The notes beneath the pieces were generated by a model. The model was given only the letters and a program-made list of their open reading frames with translations. It was not told where the DNA came from and did not search any database. This document shows, piece by piece, positions 16,094-23,583 of a stretch of 26,083 nucleotides of DNA; position 1 is the first letter of the stretch, and each line of letters opens with the position of its first letter. This DNA comes from a virus (taxonomy: Duplodnaviria; Caudoviricetes). The stretch spans positions 1-26,083 of the IMG/VR virus record IMGVR_UViG_3300010376_000119, one strand, 5' to 3'. The position numbers and the translations under genes were made by a program.

Positions 16094-18052
16094 TTATGCT
16101 CCTCCGGCGCCTGGGGCGCCAACGTTCTGCGCTGCACCTTGCATCACCTGCTGCCCTGGCGGGGGCAGCGCGCCCGCGCCATTCGGTGCCGTGGCCAATG
16201 CGCCCAGATCCGGCACGCCGCCGGCACCCGGTCCGCCGCCTTCGAACACACCCGGTGCCGGCGTCTGCATACCGCCCGGCAGCGCCGGTTGGCCAGGTTG
16301 GATGTTCTGCGCCATCGCCTGCGCCTGCGCCGCGGCGCCGAGGATGTCGCCGCGGCCGGCGAACTGGAACACCTGCTGATCGAGCCATTGCTGGTATTGC
16401 GGCGACTGGCGGATGCGGTCGCGCGCTTTCGAGCGGCGGATCTCGTCGGGGTTGTCGCCGAGGTAATCGATCGCCTCGTCGCTACCCCACGTGCCTGCCT
16501 GCAAGCGCTCGTGGGCGTAGCGGGCTTTGATCAGGTCGTCGGTGGGCAGCTCCTGCTTGACGTCCCAGCGGATCTTCACCGGCCGCGCGAAGTCGTCGGG
16601 CCCGAGGCCGATATAGCCCGAGCCGGTCTTCGACGTCTGGCCGGTGTAACCGACCCAGATCTTTTCCTGGACCTTGTTCTGGGCCAGGTCCCACAGTTTC
16701 TCGGTCTGCCGCTTGAGCAGCTCCTGAATGTTGTTCACGATTGGCCCGACGCGCACACGCTGATAGCTGAGCACCTGGCTGATGGCGAAACCGGCGCCCT
16801 CGAGGCCACTGAGTTGGGTCACCCGCGGCGACTCGAGCTCTTTGATCGCGTTGTCGATGAGTTGCATGTGCTTCTCGAGGGTGGTCGCGTCGGGATAGTT
16901 GATGCGCTGCAGCTGACGTCCGGGGCCCAGGTTGATCACTTCGCCTGGGAGAGGTCCGGGATCACGATCCCTGGGCTTGCCGTCGTCTCCAATGACCGGT
17001 GCGGCCGAGGAGTCACCGTAGGTCACCAGCGGGCTGAGCAGGTCGCGCGCCACATACTGCGCATGCATGGCGCGCAGGTACTGGCGGTACTGCACCAGCC
17101 ACAACTTCGTCTGGCTCACACCCCAGCCGACCTTGCGATTGGCCCAGTGGTTCATCCACAACCCGGGCGCGAAGTCGTATGGCAGAAACCCATAGCCGTG
17201 TTTGAACTGCTTGACGATCGCGCCGGTGGGTTCGTTCTTGTAGTTGGTGCCGGTCACGCACCAGGAGGCCCAGGTCTCATCCCAGTGCTCGGCCATGGTC
17301 AGGCTGGTCGGCAGGATCGGGCGGTTGTTCGCGCCCCAGGCATTCGAGGCCTGCGGCTGGCCCATCAGCTCGGGCACGATGTTGCCGTCGTCGTCCAGCC
17401 CCAGGCGATAACGACGGAACGTGGTGCGCACCGGGCGGTCGGTGATCTCGAGCATCTCGCAGATGCGGCCGCCGACAGTGTCGGGGTAGATCGTGCGCGC
17501 GTCGACGAACTCCCAGGCGAAGGGCGGCCCGCACGACTTTTTCACGTCCTCGGTGGCCTTGTCGTAGTGCTGCCAGGCCTCGTCCGACTCGCCCGGATTC
17601 GGCACCGGGTACGCGTAGCGCTTGTCCCAGGCGTCGGGCAGGAACAGGATTTTGGCCCACGCGCCGCCGTCGTTGAGCGCCGCGTCGGTGATGAAGGTCA
17701 TCGTGTCGCGCCCGGGCGTGCGTGCTCCGCACGTCCACAGCGTCTCCTCGGTCCAGTGCTCGCGCTGACTGGCCGCGGTCTGTGCGGTGTCCGACTCACC
17801 GCCGTCCAGGTGCAGCTTGGGGCGCTCGAGGGTCAACATCGCGGTCTGCTGGAACGCTTCTTCGGAGACGTCGGGATCGCGCGGGTCGACGTTGACCAGG
17901 GTGTATTTCTCGTCGGCGCCCATCATCGCGGGGATGCGCATCTCGCGCTGGGCGCGGGAGCCGTCGATCTGGACGTCGTCGCGGCGATAGCGGTCGTACA
18001 TCTCCGTCTGGAGCTCGGTGATGTAGGACGCCGAGGGCGGGTCTGCGGCCAC
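16094..18052 (-). CDS. Portal protein, 652 aa
   Basis: Size, position after terminase, D.ALN.GGAW.K.. and GWGVS..K..L motifs, disordered G/P/Q C-terminal tail typical of podovirus-type portals. Confidence 0.8.
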   Translation of the reverse strand: MAADPPSASYITELQTEMYDRYRRDDVQIDGSRAQREMRIPAMMGADEKYTLVNVDPRDPDVSEEAFQQTAMLTLERPKLHLDGGESDTAQTAASQREHWTEETLWTCGARTPGRDTMTFITDAALNDGGAWAKILFLPDAWDKRYAYPVPNPGESDEAWQHYDKATEDVKKSCGPPFAWEFVDARTIYPDTVGGRICEMLEITDRPVRTTFRRYRLGLDDDGNIVPELMGQPQASNAWGANNRPILPTSLTMAEHWDETWASWCVTGTNYKNEPTGAIVKQFKHGYGFLPYDFAPGLWMNHWANRKVGWGVSQTKLWLVQYRQYLRAMHAQYVARDLLSPLVTYGDSSAAPVIGDDGKPRDRDPGPLPGEVINLGPGRQLQRINYPDATTLEKHMQLIDNAIKELESPRVTQLSGLEGAGFAISQVLSYQRVRVGPIVNNIQELLKRQTEKLWDLAQNKVQEKIWVGYTGQTSKTGSGYIGLGPDDFARPVKIRWDVKQELPTDDLIKARYAHERLQAGTWGSDEAIDYLGDNPDEIRRSKARDRIRQSPQYQQWLDQQVFQFAGRGDILGAAAQAQAMAQNIQPGQPALPGGMQTPAPGVFEGGGPGAGGVPDLGALATAPNGAGALPPPGQQVMQGAAQNVGAPGAGGA

Positions 18053-18059
18053 GACGCGC

Positions 18060-18848
18060 TCAGTGTAACGCCAGTTTGGTAGATCTAATCACGCCGGCTA
18101 ACTGTTCCATCTGGACAACGCGGTCAGCGTGCAACGTGCGCGGCCCGCACCCCAGCGCCAGTCGCGCGTACTCCGCCGCTTCGCTGACGCGTCCCGCATG
18201 CCGCGCCATCAGCGCCAGGTAGCACCATGCCACCGCGTCCAGCGGGTTGTCTCGCAAGCGCAGCTGCAGCAACTGCGTATCGCGTTCGGTCTTGTTGCGC
18301 GCATGCCACACGTCGGGTGCCATGCCGTAGTGCTGAATGTGTGGCCCGCCCTCGAGCAGCTCGCACCACGTCCGCGGCGGGTCCGGCAGGTAGCGCACCT
18401 CCTCGTGCACACGACCGACGTAGCGCAAGTCGGGCGAGTTGCGAAACAGGCGTGAGCTACTCATCTCGGGCGGCGCGAGCGGACGGTCGTCCAGGTCGGT
18501 CTCCACGATCTGGGTAAACAGCCCGTCGAGCGCGAGCGGCGGGTCGTGCGCGAGCAACTCCAGGATGGCGTCGCGTCCGGCCGGCAGCAGTCGCTCGTCA
18601 GGATCGAGCACCAGGATCCAGTCGCCGCGGGCCCGCTCGAGGGTCTGATTGCGCGCCTCGGCGAAAGAATCGGACCAGGTGAAGCGGAACGTGCGCGCGC
18701 CGGCCGCGTGGGCGAGGTCCTCGGTCGCGTCGGTGGTGCGGTCGTCGATACCGATGACCAGGTCGTCGACCAGGCCGCAGATCGAGTCGAACAGCCCGGG
18801 CAGAAACTCGGCTTCGTCACGGGCGATGGTGCACAGACTCAGTGTCAT
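18060..18848 (-). CDS. GT2 (GT-A fold) glycosyltransferase with C-terminal TPR, 262 aa
   Basis: SLCTIARDEAEFL...DDRTTDAT...W.DSFAEARNQ.L..ARGDWILVLDPDE (DxD), RLFRN..Y.GRVHE, IQHYG, then TPR-like WCYLA....AG..SEA..Y; ATG at 18848 overlaps terL stop (ATGA). Confidence 0.9.
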   Translation of the reverse strand: MTLSLCTIARDEAEFLPGLFDSICGLVDDLVIGIDDRTTDATEDLAHAAGARTFRFTWSDSFAEARNQTLERARGDWILVLDPDERLLPAGRDAILELLAHDPPLALDGLFTQIVETDLDDRPLAPPEMSSSRLFRNSPDLRYVGRVHEEVRYLPDPPRTWCELLEGGPHIQHYGMAPDVWHARNKTERDTQLLQLRLRDNPLDAVAWCYLALMARHAGRVSEAAEYARLALGCGPRTLHADRVVQMEQLAGVIRSTKLALH

Positions 18849-20095
18849 CGGCTGAAGGCGTAGCTTGAGCGTGTAGTCTGACTTTCGTTCGTCGCCGCGG
18901 CCCACGCGAGCGCCAGCGCCATCACCGTGTCGTCGTGCTGCCCCACCGGCGCGCCGTAGCGCAGCATGCCGCTCGGCAGGCGTGCCATCTCGTACGCCAG
19001 CAGCTCGCCAGTCTGTACCTGGTCATCCAGCAGCGCCACGTCGCCATTTTCGATCGCCAGCGACAGCGCCTGGACCACCGCGGCTTTGGTCGCATTCGTC
19101 GACCACCACGGCACCACCGGCAGCGCACGCCGCGGGTTCCCGGACAGTCGACCATAGCCCTGCTGCAAACGTTCGACGAGTGGCTGCCCGAGCGCATTGG
19201 CCTCGGCCAGGATGACCCGCGGGTGGTACAGCTCGGCCCAGCGGTGCAGGCGTTCGGTCTGGAACTCGAAGTCGATCTGGGTGAAGCGATCGATCGCTAC
19301 CTGCTCGAGCGTGGTCGCATCGATCACTGAAAAGACGGTGAAGTCATTCGAGCGGGCCCAGTCGACGCCCATCACGTACGCGTGATGCGGCTGTGGCGGC
19401 GACGGCTCGAGGTACGCGACGGCATGCACACCACGGAAGACGCCGGCGCCCTCGAGGCTCAGAAACTTCGCCTCGTATTCCTGGGCGAATTCCCGTTCGG
19501 TCAGGTCATGGCGCGCGGCCTCGATCTCCGCGGCAACGATGAAGGGATTGACCGCAGTCGGCATCTGCCAGGCCATCCACTCCGCTTCGAGCGGGTCCTG
19601 GCCGCGCTGGAAGAGCGTGTGGAAATCGTTCAGGCCCCGCGGCGTGGACATGAACCACGCCTCGCCCTGGAAGTCCGAGAGCGTCGGGCGGATCGCCTGG
19701 GCCCAGATGTCGCTCAGGTGCGGCACCATCGCCGCCTCGTCGATGACGACCGTGCCGTAGCGCCGGCCGCGGGCGGGATCGCCGGTGTCCATGGACCAGC
19801 ATTCCACAGTGCCGCCGCCGAGGACCTGGAGGCGGTGCTCCTGCTCGGATTTTTCGGCGATGACTTCGACGAGCGTGGCCTTCAATTCGCGCCAGAACTC
19901 GTCGAGCAATTTGTACGTCGGACAGAAATAGCCACCCGGTTTCCGGTCCAGTGCGCAGTCGACTAACAATTCCTGTGCGAGTTTACTTTTGCCGGCGCGT
20001 CGACCTAACGCAACGACGTTGAACCGGCGGCGCTCGGCTTTGATGCGCGCCTGCGCCGGGTGGAGCTCAGTCAGCTCGACCGTTCGAATGACCAC
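18845..20095 (-). CDS. terL: Terminase large subunit, 416 aa
   Basis: HPAQ Q-motif, Walker A GRRAGKS, Walker B VVIDEAA, STP coupling motif, nuclease GVDWA..ND and HDDTVMALALA. Confidence 0.95.
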   Translation of the reverse strand: MVIRTVELTELHPAQARIKAERRRFNVVALGRRAGKSKLAQELLVDCALDRKPGGYFCPTYKLLDEFWRELKATLVEVIAEKSEQEHRLQVLGGGTVECWSMDTGDPARGRRYGTVVIDEAAMVPHLSDIWAQAIRPTLSDFQGEAWFMSTPRGLNDFHTLFQRGQDPLEAEWMAWQMPTAVNPFIVAAEIEAARHDLTEREFAQEYEAKFLSLEGAGVFRGVHAVAYLEPSPPQPHHAYVMGVDWARSNDFTVFSVIDATTLEQVAIDRFTQIDFEFQTERLHRWAELYHPRVILAEANALGQPLVERLQQGYGRLSGNPRRALPVVPWWSTNATKAAVVQALSLAIENGDVALLDDQVQTGELLAYEMARLPSGMLRYGAPVGQHDDTVMALALAWAAATNESQTTRSSYAFSR

Positions 20096-20438
20096 TCGAA
20101 GCTTTCAATGCCGGCGGCGCGGACTTCCGCACGACAGTGATGGTGATGTCGTGCTCGGCCTGGAGTTTTTCCTGCGGCTTGTAGCCAGCGCGGTCGAGCA
20201 CGTCGCGCACCGCGGCCAGTTTCACGGCGTCGGACTCGGCGGAATCGATGAGCTGGGCGAGGCGGCTGATGGCGGGATGGACCAGTGAGCGGAGTCGCTC
20301 TTCGGCAGAGGCGAGCGCCTGGGGCGACTTCCCCCCGTGGAGATGGCAAACCCGCTGACCGTGCATCGCAAAGTGTCCACAGGGCTCGCCGCGGCGATTT
20401 GTCGCGAGGCACTTGACCATGGGGTTGGTCTGCACCAT
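20067..20438 (-). CDS. terS: Terminase small subunit (HGG-motif Zn-knuckle type), 123 aa
   Basis: C.A.NRRGEPC...A..G..VCHLHGGKS then helical AVKLAAVRDVLDRAG; overlaps terL start. Confidence 0.8.
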   Translation of the reverse strand: MVQTNPMVKCLATNRRGEPCGHFAMHGQRVCHLHGGKSPQALASAEERLRSLVHPAISRLAQLIDSAESDAVKLAAVRDVLDRAGYKPQEKLQAEHDITITVVRKSAPPALKASSGHSNGRAD

Positions 20439-20442
20439 GGGG

Positions 20443-20601
20443 TTACGACGCCTTCCGCTCGAGCCAGGAGGGATCCATGAAGCGGTCCAGTCGCCGGGGC
20501 GGCGCCGGCGGCGGTGCCGTGTTGCGGATCTCCATCTCGAGCAGCGCGATCCACACGTCGATGACCGTGAGCAGCTGCTGGCGCTCCTGGTCCTCGGTCA
20601 C
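20443..20601 (-). CDS. 52-aa hypothetical protein (MTEDQERQQLL...)
   Basis: GTGA overlap with upstream stop at 20598-20601. Confidence 0.6.
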   Translation of the reverse strand: MTEDQERQQLLTVIDVWIALLEMEIRNTAPPPAPPRRLDRFMDPSWLERKAS

Positions 20602-20816
20602 CGGAACCACCACGGAAGCTCTGCGGTCCGAGCCACTGCTTCCGGTTCGGCCTGTCGACGAAAGCGCTGCACCTGCGGACAGGTGGCGTGGTGCGGCGTC
20701 TGCGTCGGCTGCCCGGTGACCAGGTCGTAGTCCATCGGTTGCCGCTTGCCGCTCGGGTTCAATCGCCACCAGATCGCCTGGTTGCAGCCGCGGCAGTGGC
20801 TCACCGGCTCATTCAC
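20598..20816 (-). CDS. 72-aa putative Zn-binding protein (CRGC...IWW...GK..P.D...HHATCP)
   Basis: GTGA overlap with HTH gene stop; common small phage Zn-ribbon pattern. Confidence 0.75.
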   Translation of the reverse strand: MNEPVSHCRGCNQAIWWRLNPSGKRQPMDYDLVTGQPTQTPHHATCPQVQRFRRQAEPEAVARTAELPWWFR

Positions 20817-21256
20817 GACCCGAGACTGCGTCGCGCGCGGAACACCGGATTGTTTAGACGCTCCAACTCCTCTCTGACCATTTCCTCTCGCACCATCCAA
20901 TACCGCCGAGAGACAAGTTCGCGTCGGCCCTTGCCACGCGGAAAGCCGAGATCATCCCCCAATTTAAGAACCATTTTCTCGACTCGGGCGAGGCTTAGAT
21001 TCAAGCGGTGCGAAATCTCATCGAACGACTTAGCGGCTGCAATAAGACACACCAAGGTGTTCTGCTCACTGCTGTGTGGCAACACGCGACCATCCGCTCC
21101 CACCCAAAAAGCTCGACCCGGAGGATCGAGCGATGTGGGATCAACTGGCTCCATCATGTGGATGCGGCGCTGTCGCAACTGGGCACGTCGCGCCGATGCC
21201 GTGTCCACGTCCAGCAAGACGTCATCGAACAACCTCAGTTGGAACGCCAGAATCAT
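20813..21256 (-). CDS. 147-aa LuxR/sigma-region-4-like HTH regulator (possible late-gene regulator)
   Basis: EQNTLVCLIAAAKSFDEISHRLNLSLARVEKMVLKLGDDLG fits the LuxR C-terminal HTH; ATG at 21256 chosen, start uncertain. Confidence 0.7.
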   Translation of the reverse strand: MILAFQLRLFDDVLLDVDTASARRAQLRQRRIHMMEPVDPTSLDPPGRAFWVGADGRVLPHSSEQNTLVCLIAAAKSFDEISHRLNLSLARVEKMVLKLGDDLGFPRGKGRRELVSRRYWMVREEMVREELERLNNPVFRARRSLGS

Positions 21257-21279
21257 TAGTCGTTGTCTCTCAAGTCTAA

Positions 21280-21316
21280 GTACGGGTACCCGTAAGGGTG
21301 TACGGGTACCCGTACA
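21280..21316. promoter_or_regulatory. Two tandem perfect palindromes TACGGGTACCCGTA (putative operators) in divergent intergenic region
   Basis: Identical 14-bp palindromes at 21281-21294 and 21301-21314 (20-bp period); second extends to 18 bp (21299-21316). Confidence 0.8.
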
Positions 21317-21350
21317 TTTAGCGGTTGAAGCGAGCGCTAGTCTGCAAAAC

Positions 21351-21701
21351 ATGTTTCGACCCCCGATGCAACCCGAGTTGTTCGATCGCAAACGGTACGT
21401 CGTCCAGGTGACCAGTCCGCAGGTCTGGCCAAGCGTTCAATATCGACGCTGGTGGTGCTCGCCCCGTCACGACCAGCAGAGATACGACGCGCTCGTCCGC
21501 CAGAAATTTCGTTGTTCGGAATGCGGCTATCTGCTGAATCCGCGCTGGTTTGACGTCCACCACGCAACCGGGTATGACGCCTTGGGCTATGAAGAGGCGT
21601 CCGATCTCGTGGCAGTCCACCGTCGTTGCCATCAGACGCTCGAGGAATCACACCCCCGGGAAGCATGTGGCTGCACGTCGGGACGAGGCCGAGCTGCATA
21701 G
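21351..21701 (+). CDS. HNH endonuclease, 116 aa
   Basis: CSECG...DVHHATGY..LG.E..SDLVAVHRRCHQ; C-terminal part of track ORF 20688..21701; stop abuts convergent rep stop. Confidence 0.8.
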   Translation: MFRPPMQPELFDRKRYVVQVTSPQVWPSVQYRRWWCSPRHDQQRYDALVRQKFRCSECGYLLNPRWFDVHHATGYDALGYEEASDLVAVHRRCHQTLEESHPREACGCTSGRGRAA

Positions 21702-22394
21702 TCAGACCGAGAGCAGCTGTGGCCAGTCACGTGGCGCGACGTGGTCAAGCGAACAGTTGCGGATGCGACCGGGCGACTTCGAGAGACCATGCCCGTCGCC
21801 GTTCCGATCGATGGGCAGGTCACATTCGGGGCAGGTCTCGGGGCCATCGCCCCCACTTGCCTGGTGCAAGGGGGGGCTTGGGGGGGTTGGTTGGTTACCG
21901 GTTGGTTGGTTGGTGTCCGGTTGGTTGGTTGGTTGGTACGCGCGCCGTCCGCCGGAATTCCGGGCGCCGTCCGGCACTGCATCCTCCGGACTATCCAACG
22001 GACGTCCATCGGAATCTTCCTCGCGAAGTGAGGCGCTGGCGCGATTCCCGCGTTTTCGATCAGCATCCTTCTTGCGCTTTTCAATCAGCCGGCCGGCGTA
22101 TTCGGTCCAGTCATGGATCCGGACCGAACCTTCGAGATCGCCAACCGGTTCGATAAAGCCAGCCTCCAGCAACGCGGACCAGAACTTCTCGGGCTTCCCA
22201 CGCCATAGACATGCCCGCACCACCAATGTTTTCGACGGTGGCTTCACCACACCGTCCTGGGCGTAATCCAGCGCCCACCACCACAGGTATTGCAAGTGGC
22301 CAACCGCGGTTGGCAGCGTGCAATTCAACGCGCTGGCCAACGCGAGGGTCTTGGGATGGTGCCCTAGCGCTTGATGCGATTCGATCCACGCCAT
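21702..22394 (-). CDS. Phage replication initiator / replisome organiser-like protein, 230 aa
   Basis: MAWIESHQ...HPKT...GHL..LWWWALDYA.DG...L.EAGFI...IHDW.EYAGRL then basic helix, QPTN repeats and TPPSPP linker; C-terminal CPEC..H..C. Confidence 0.75.
   Translation of the reverse strand: MAWIESHQALGHHPKTLALASALNCTLPTAVGHLQYLWWWALDYAQDGVVKPPSKTLVVRACLWRGKPEKFWSALLEAGFIEPVGDLEGSVRIHDWTEYAGRLIEKRKKDADRKRGNRASASLREEDSDGRPLDSPEDAVPDGARNSGGRRAYQPTNQPDTNQPTGNQPTPPSPPLHQASGGDGPETCPECDLPIDRNGDGHGLSKSPGRIRNCSLDHVAPRDWPQLLSV
21885..22013. repeat. Candidate replication origin repeats inside initiator gene
   Basis: Three (GGTT)n tracts at 21885-21937; four TCCnnCGGA elements starting at 21948, 21982, 21994, 22005. 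Confidence 0.55.
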
Positions 22395-22708
22395 CAGCTC
22401 AGCACCCGGACAATGGCCTCCCAGTCGCTGGGCCGCCACTCATACATCTCCACCCCCGGACAGTGCTCGAGTTTCGTCTTGATTTCGCGTTGCGACGGCG
22501 ACAATCGGCCATGCTGGGATTTCAGTTCCGCGAGCACGTACCGCGGCGGCCGGATCATGCGGAGGTCCGGCTCACCTGAGCGCGTACCGAGCGAGTCGAG
22601 CGTGTGGAACACCGTCCATCCGAGGAATTCGGCTCGGCGTTTCACGCGCAACATGAACAGCTTTTCAGGCTCGTCGCCAACCAGTTCGGCCCGACTGACC
22701 GTCCTCAT
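22394..22708 (-). CDS. VRR-NUC (PD-(D/E)XK) nuclease, 104 aa
   Basis: E..F...V...A..LGW..FH......GEPDL........AELKS..GRLS..Q.....L......Y.WRPSD. Confidence 0.88.
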   Translation of the reverse strand: MRTVSRAELVGDEPEKLFMLRVKRRAEFLGWTVFHTLDSLGTRSGEPDLRMIRPPRYVLAELKSQHGRLSPSQREIKTKLEHCPGVEMYEWRPSDWEAIVRVLS

Positions 22709-22902
22709 GCCCACGGCCGCCGCCTGATCTCGAGCTGGTAGCGCAACGGACTCATGGGTTGCACGCCGAGTTTGCGCGCATACCAGTACACCCGCAGCGC
22801 CTGGCTCGCGCGTTGAAACTCCCGACGTTTTGCGTTGCAGCGCACCGTGCACTGGTTCCGTTCGTAGACGTGGATCGGACAGATGACGAGACCGGTGGTC
22901 AC
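22705..22902 (-). CDS. 65-aa hypothetical basic protein (C-x2-H...C-x3-C)
   Basis: GTGA and ATGA overlaps with both neighbours. Confidence 0.65.
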   Translation of the reverse strand: MTTGLVICPIHVYERNQCTVRCNAKRREFQRASQALRVYWYARKLGVQPMSPLRYQLEIRRRPWA

Positions 22903-23168
22903 TCGCCCTCAGTCGCATTCGCGTGACTGCCGCGACGGCGCACCCCCCGCGACGGAACCACGGTGCCGTTGGTGTGCGGCTCCTCCTCGAGCGGCAACTC
23001 CTGCTGGACCGGCGCCACGTCGACCAGCACGGTCTTGCTCACAAACCGCGTGAGGTGGACCACGTCGGACGGCTCGTTGCAGATCAGCACGATCTCGGCG
23101 ACCGGATCCGGCGCCGACGCGGTGCCGGCCTTGAAGCCGATGCGTTTCAACGTGACTTCGGTAGACAT
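22899..23168 (-). CDS. 89-aa hypothetical protein
   Basis: GAGG SD, ATG after intergenic gap. Confidence 0.75.
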   Translation of the reverse strand: MSTEVTLKRIGFKAGTASAPDPVAEIVLICNEPSDVVHLTRFVSKTVLVDVAPVQQELPLEEEPHTNGTVVPSRGVRRRGSHANATEGE

Positions 23169-23205
23169 GTCACTCGCCTCTCACAAACTTACTTAGCTAA
23201 TCAAG

Positions 23206-23280
23206 CTGAGGGTGGGGGCAGGCCGCCCGGGGGACATGCCCGCATGGCTGGCTGCTGCTGAGCGCCACCCCACCCCTCAG
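23206..23280. other. Long imperfect intergenic hairpin (structured RNA or terminator/processing site)
   Basis: CTGAGGGTGGGGGC (23206-23219) pairs imperfectly with GCCACCCCACCCCTCAG (23264-23280). Confidence 0.5.
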
Positions 23281-23283
23281 TCC

Positions 23284-23583
23284 TCATGCGTGCAAGCGCT
23301 CGCCCGCCGCGTCCATGGCGGCGAAGTCCAGGTCGATGAAGCGCTGCGCCCAGACCGGCGCGACGCCGAGCTCGACCAGCTCCGCGCGCAGCCAGCGGTT
23401 GAGGTCCTCGAGCGTGGTGGCGTGTTCGGCGCGCCGCATCGCGCCCAGCATGAGCGCCGCCATGCGCGCGCGGAGGCACTCGGCACACACCCCCGGCGCG
23501 ACGTCATCGGGCCCGCCGCTGAACGCATCGCCGATCTGGCGGCTGCAGTACCGACAGGTGTCAGGGTCGATCGCTTGCGTCAT
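23284..23583 (-). CDS. 99-aa hypothetical protein with CxxC..CxxC Zn finger
   Basis: CRYC...CAEC; ATGA overlap with bet. Confidence 0.7.
   Translation of the reverse strand: MTQAIDPDTCRYCSRQIGDAFSGGPDDVAPGVCAECLRARMAALMLGAMRRAEHATTLEDLNRWLRAELVELGVAPVWAQRFIDLDFAAMDAAGERLHA

Noticed and set aside
15893-18082. 729-aa plus-strand ORF
   Set aside because: Shadow of the portal gene from GC3 bias; no recognisable domain
18849-18905. N-terminal extension of the GT ORF in the track
   Set aside because: Lies within terL; the GT2 domain begins at the ATGA-coupled ATG 18848
20688-21350. N-terminal 221 aa of the 337-aa plus ORF
   Set aside because: Overlaps the HTH and Zn-ribbon genes antisense and crosses the palindromes; only the HNH part from 21351 looks coding
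23206-23280. tRNA candidate
   Set aside because: Length fits but no T-loop (GTTCRA), D-loop or cloverleaf on either strand
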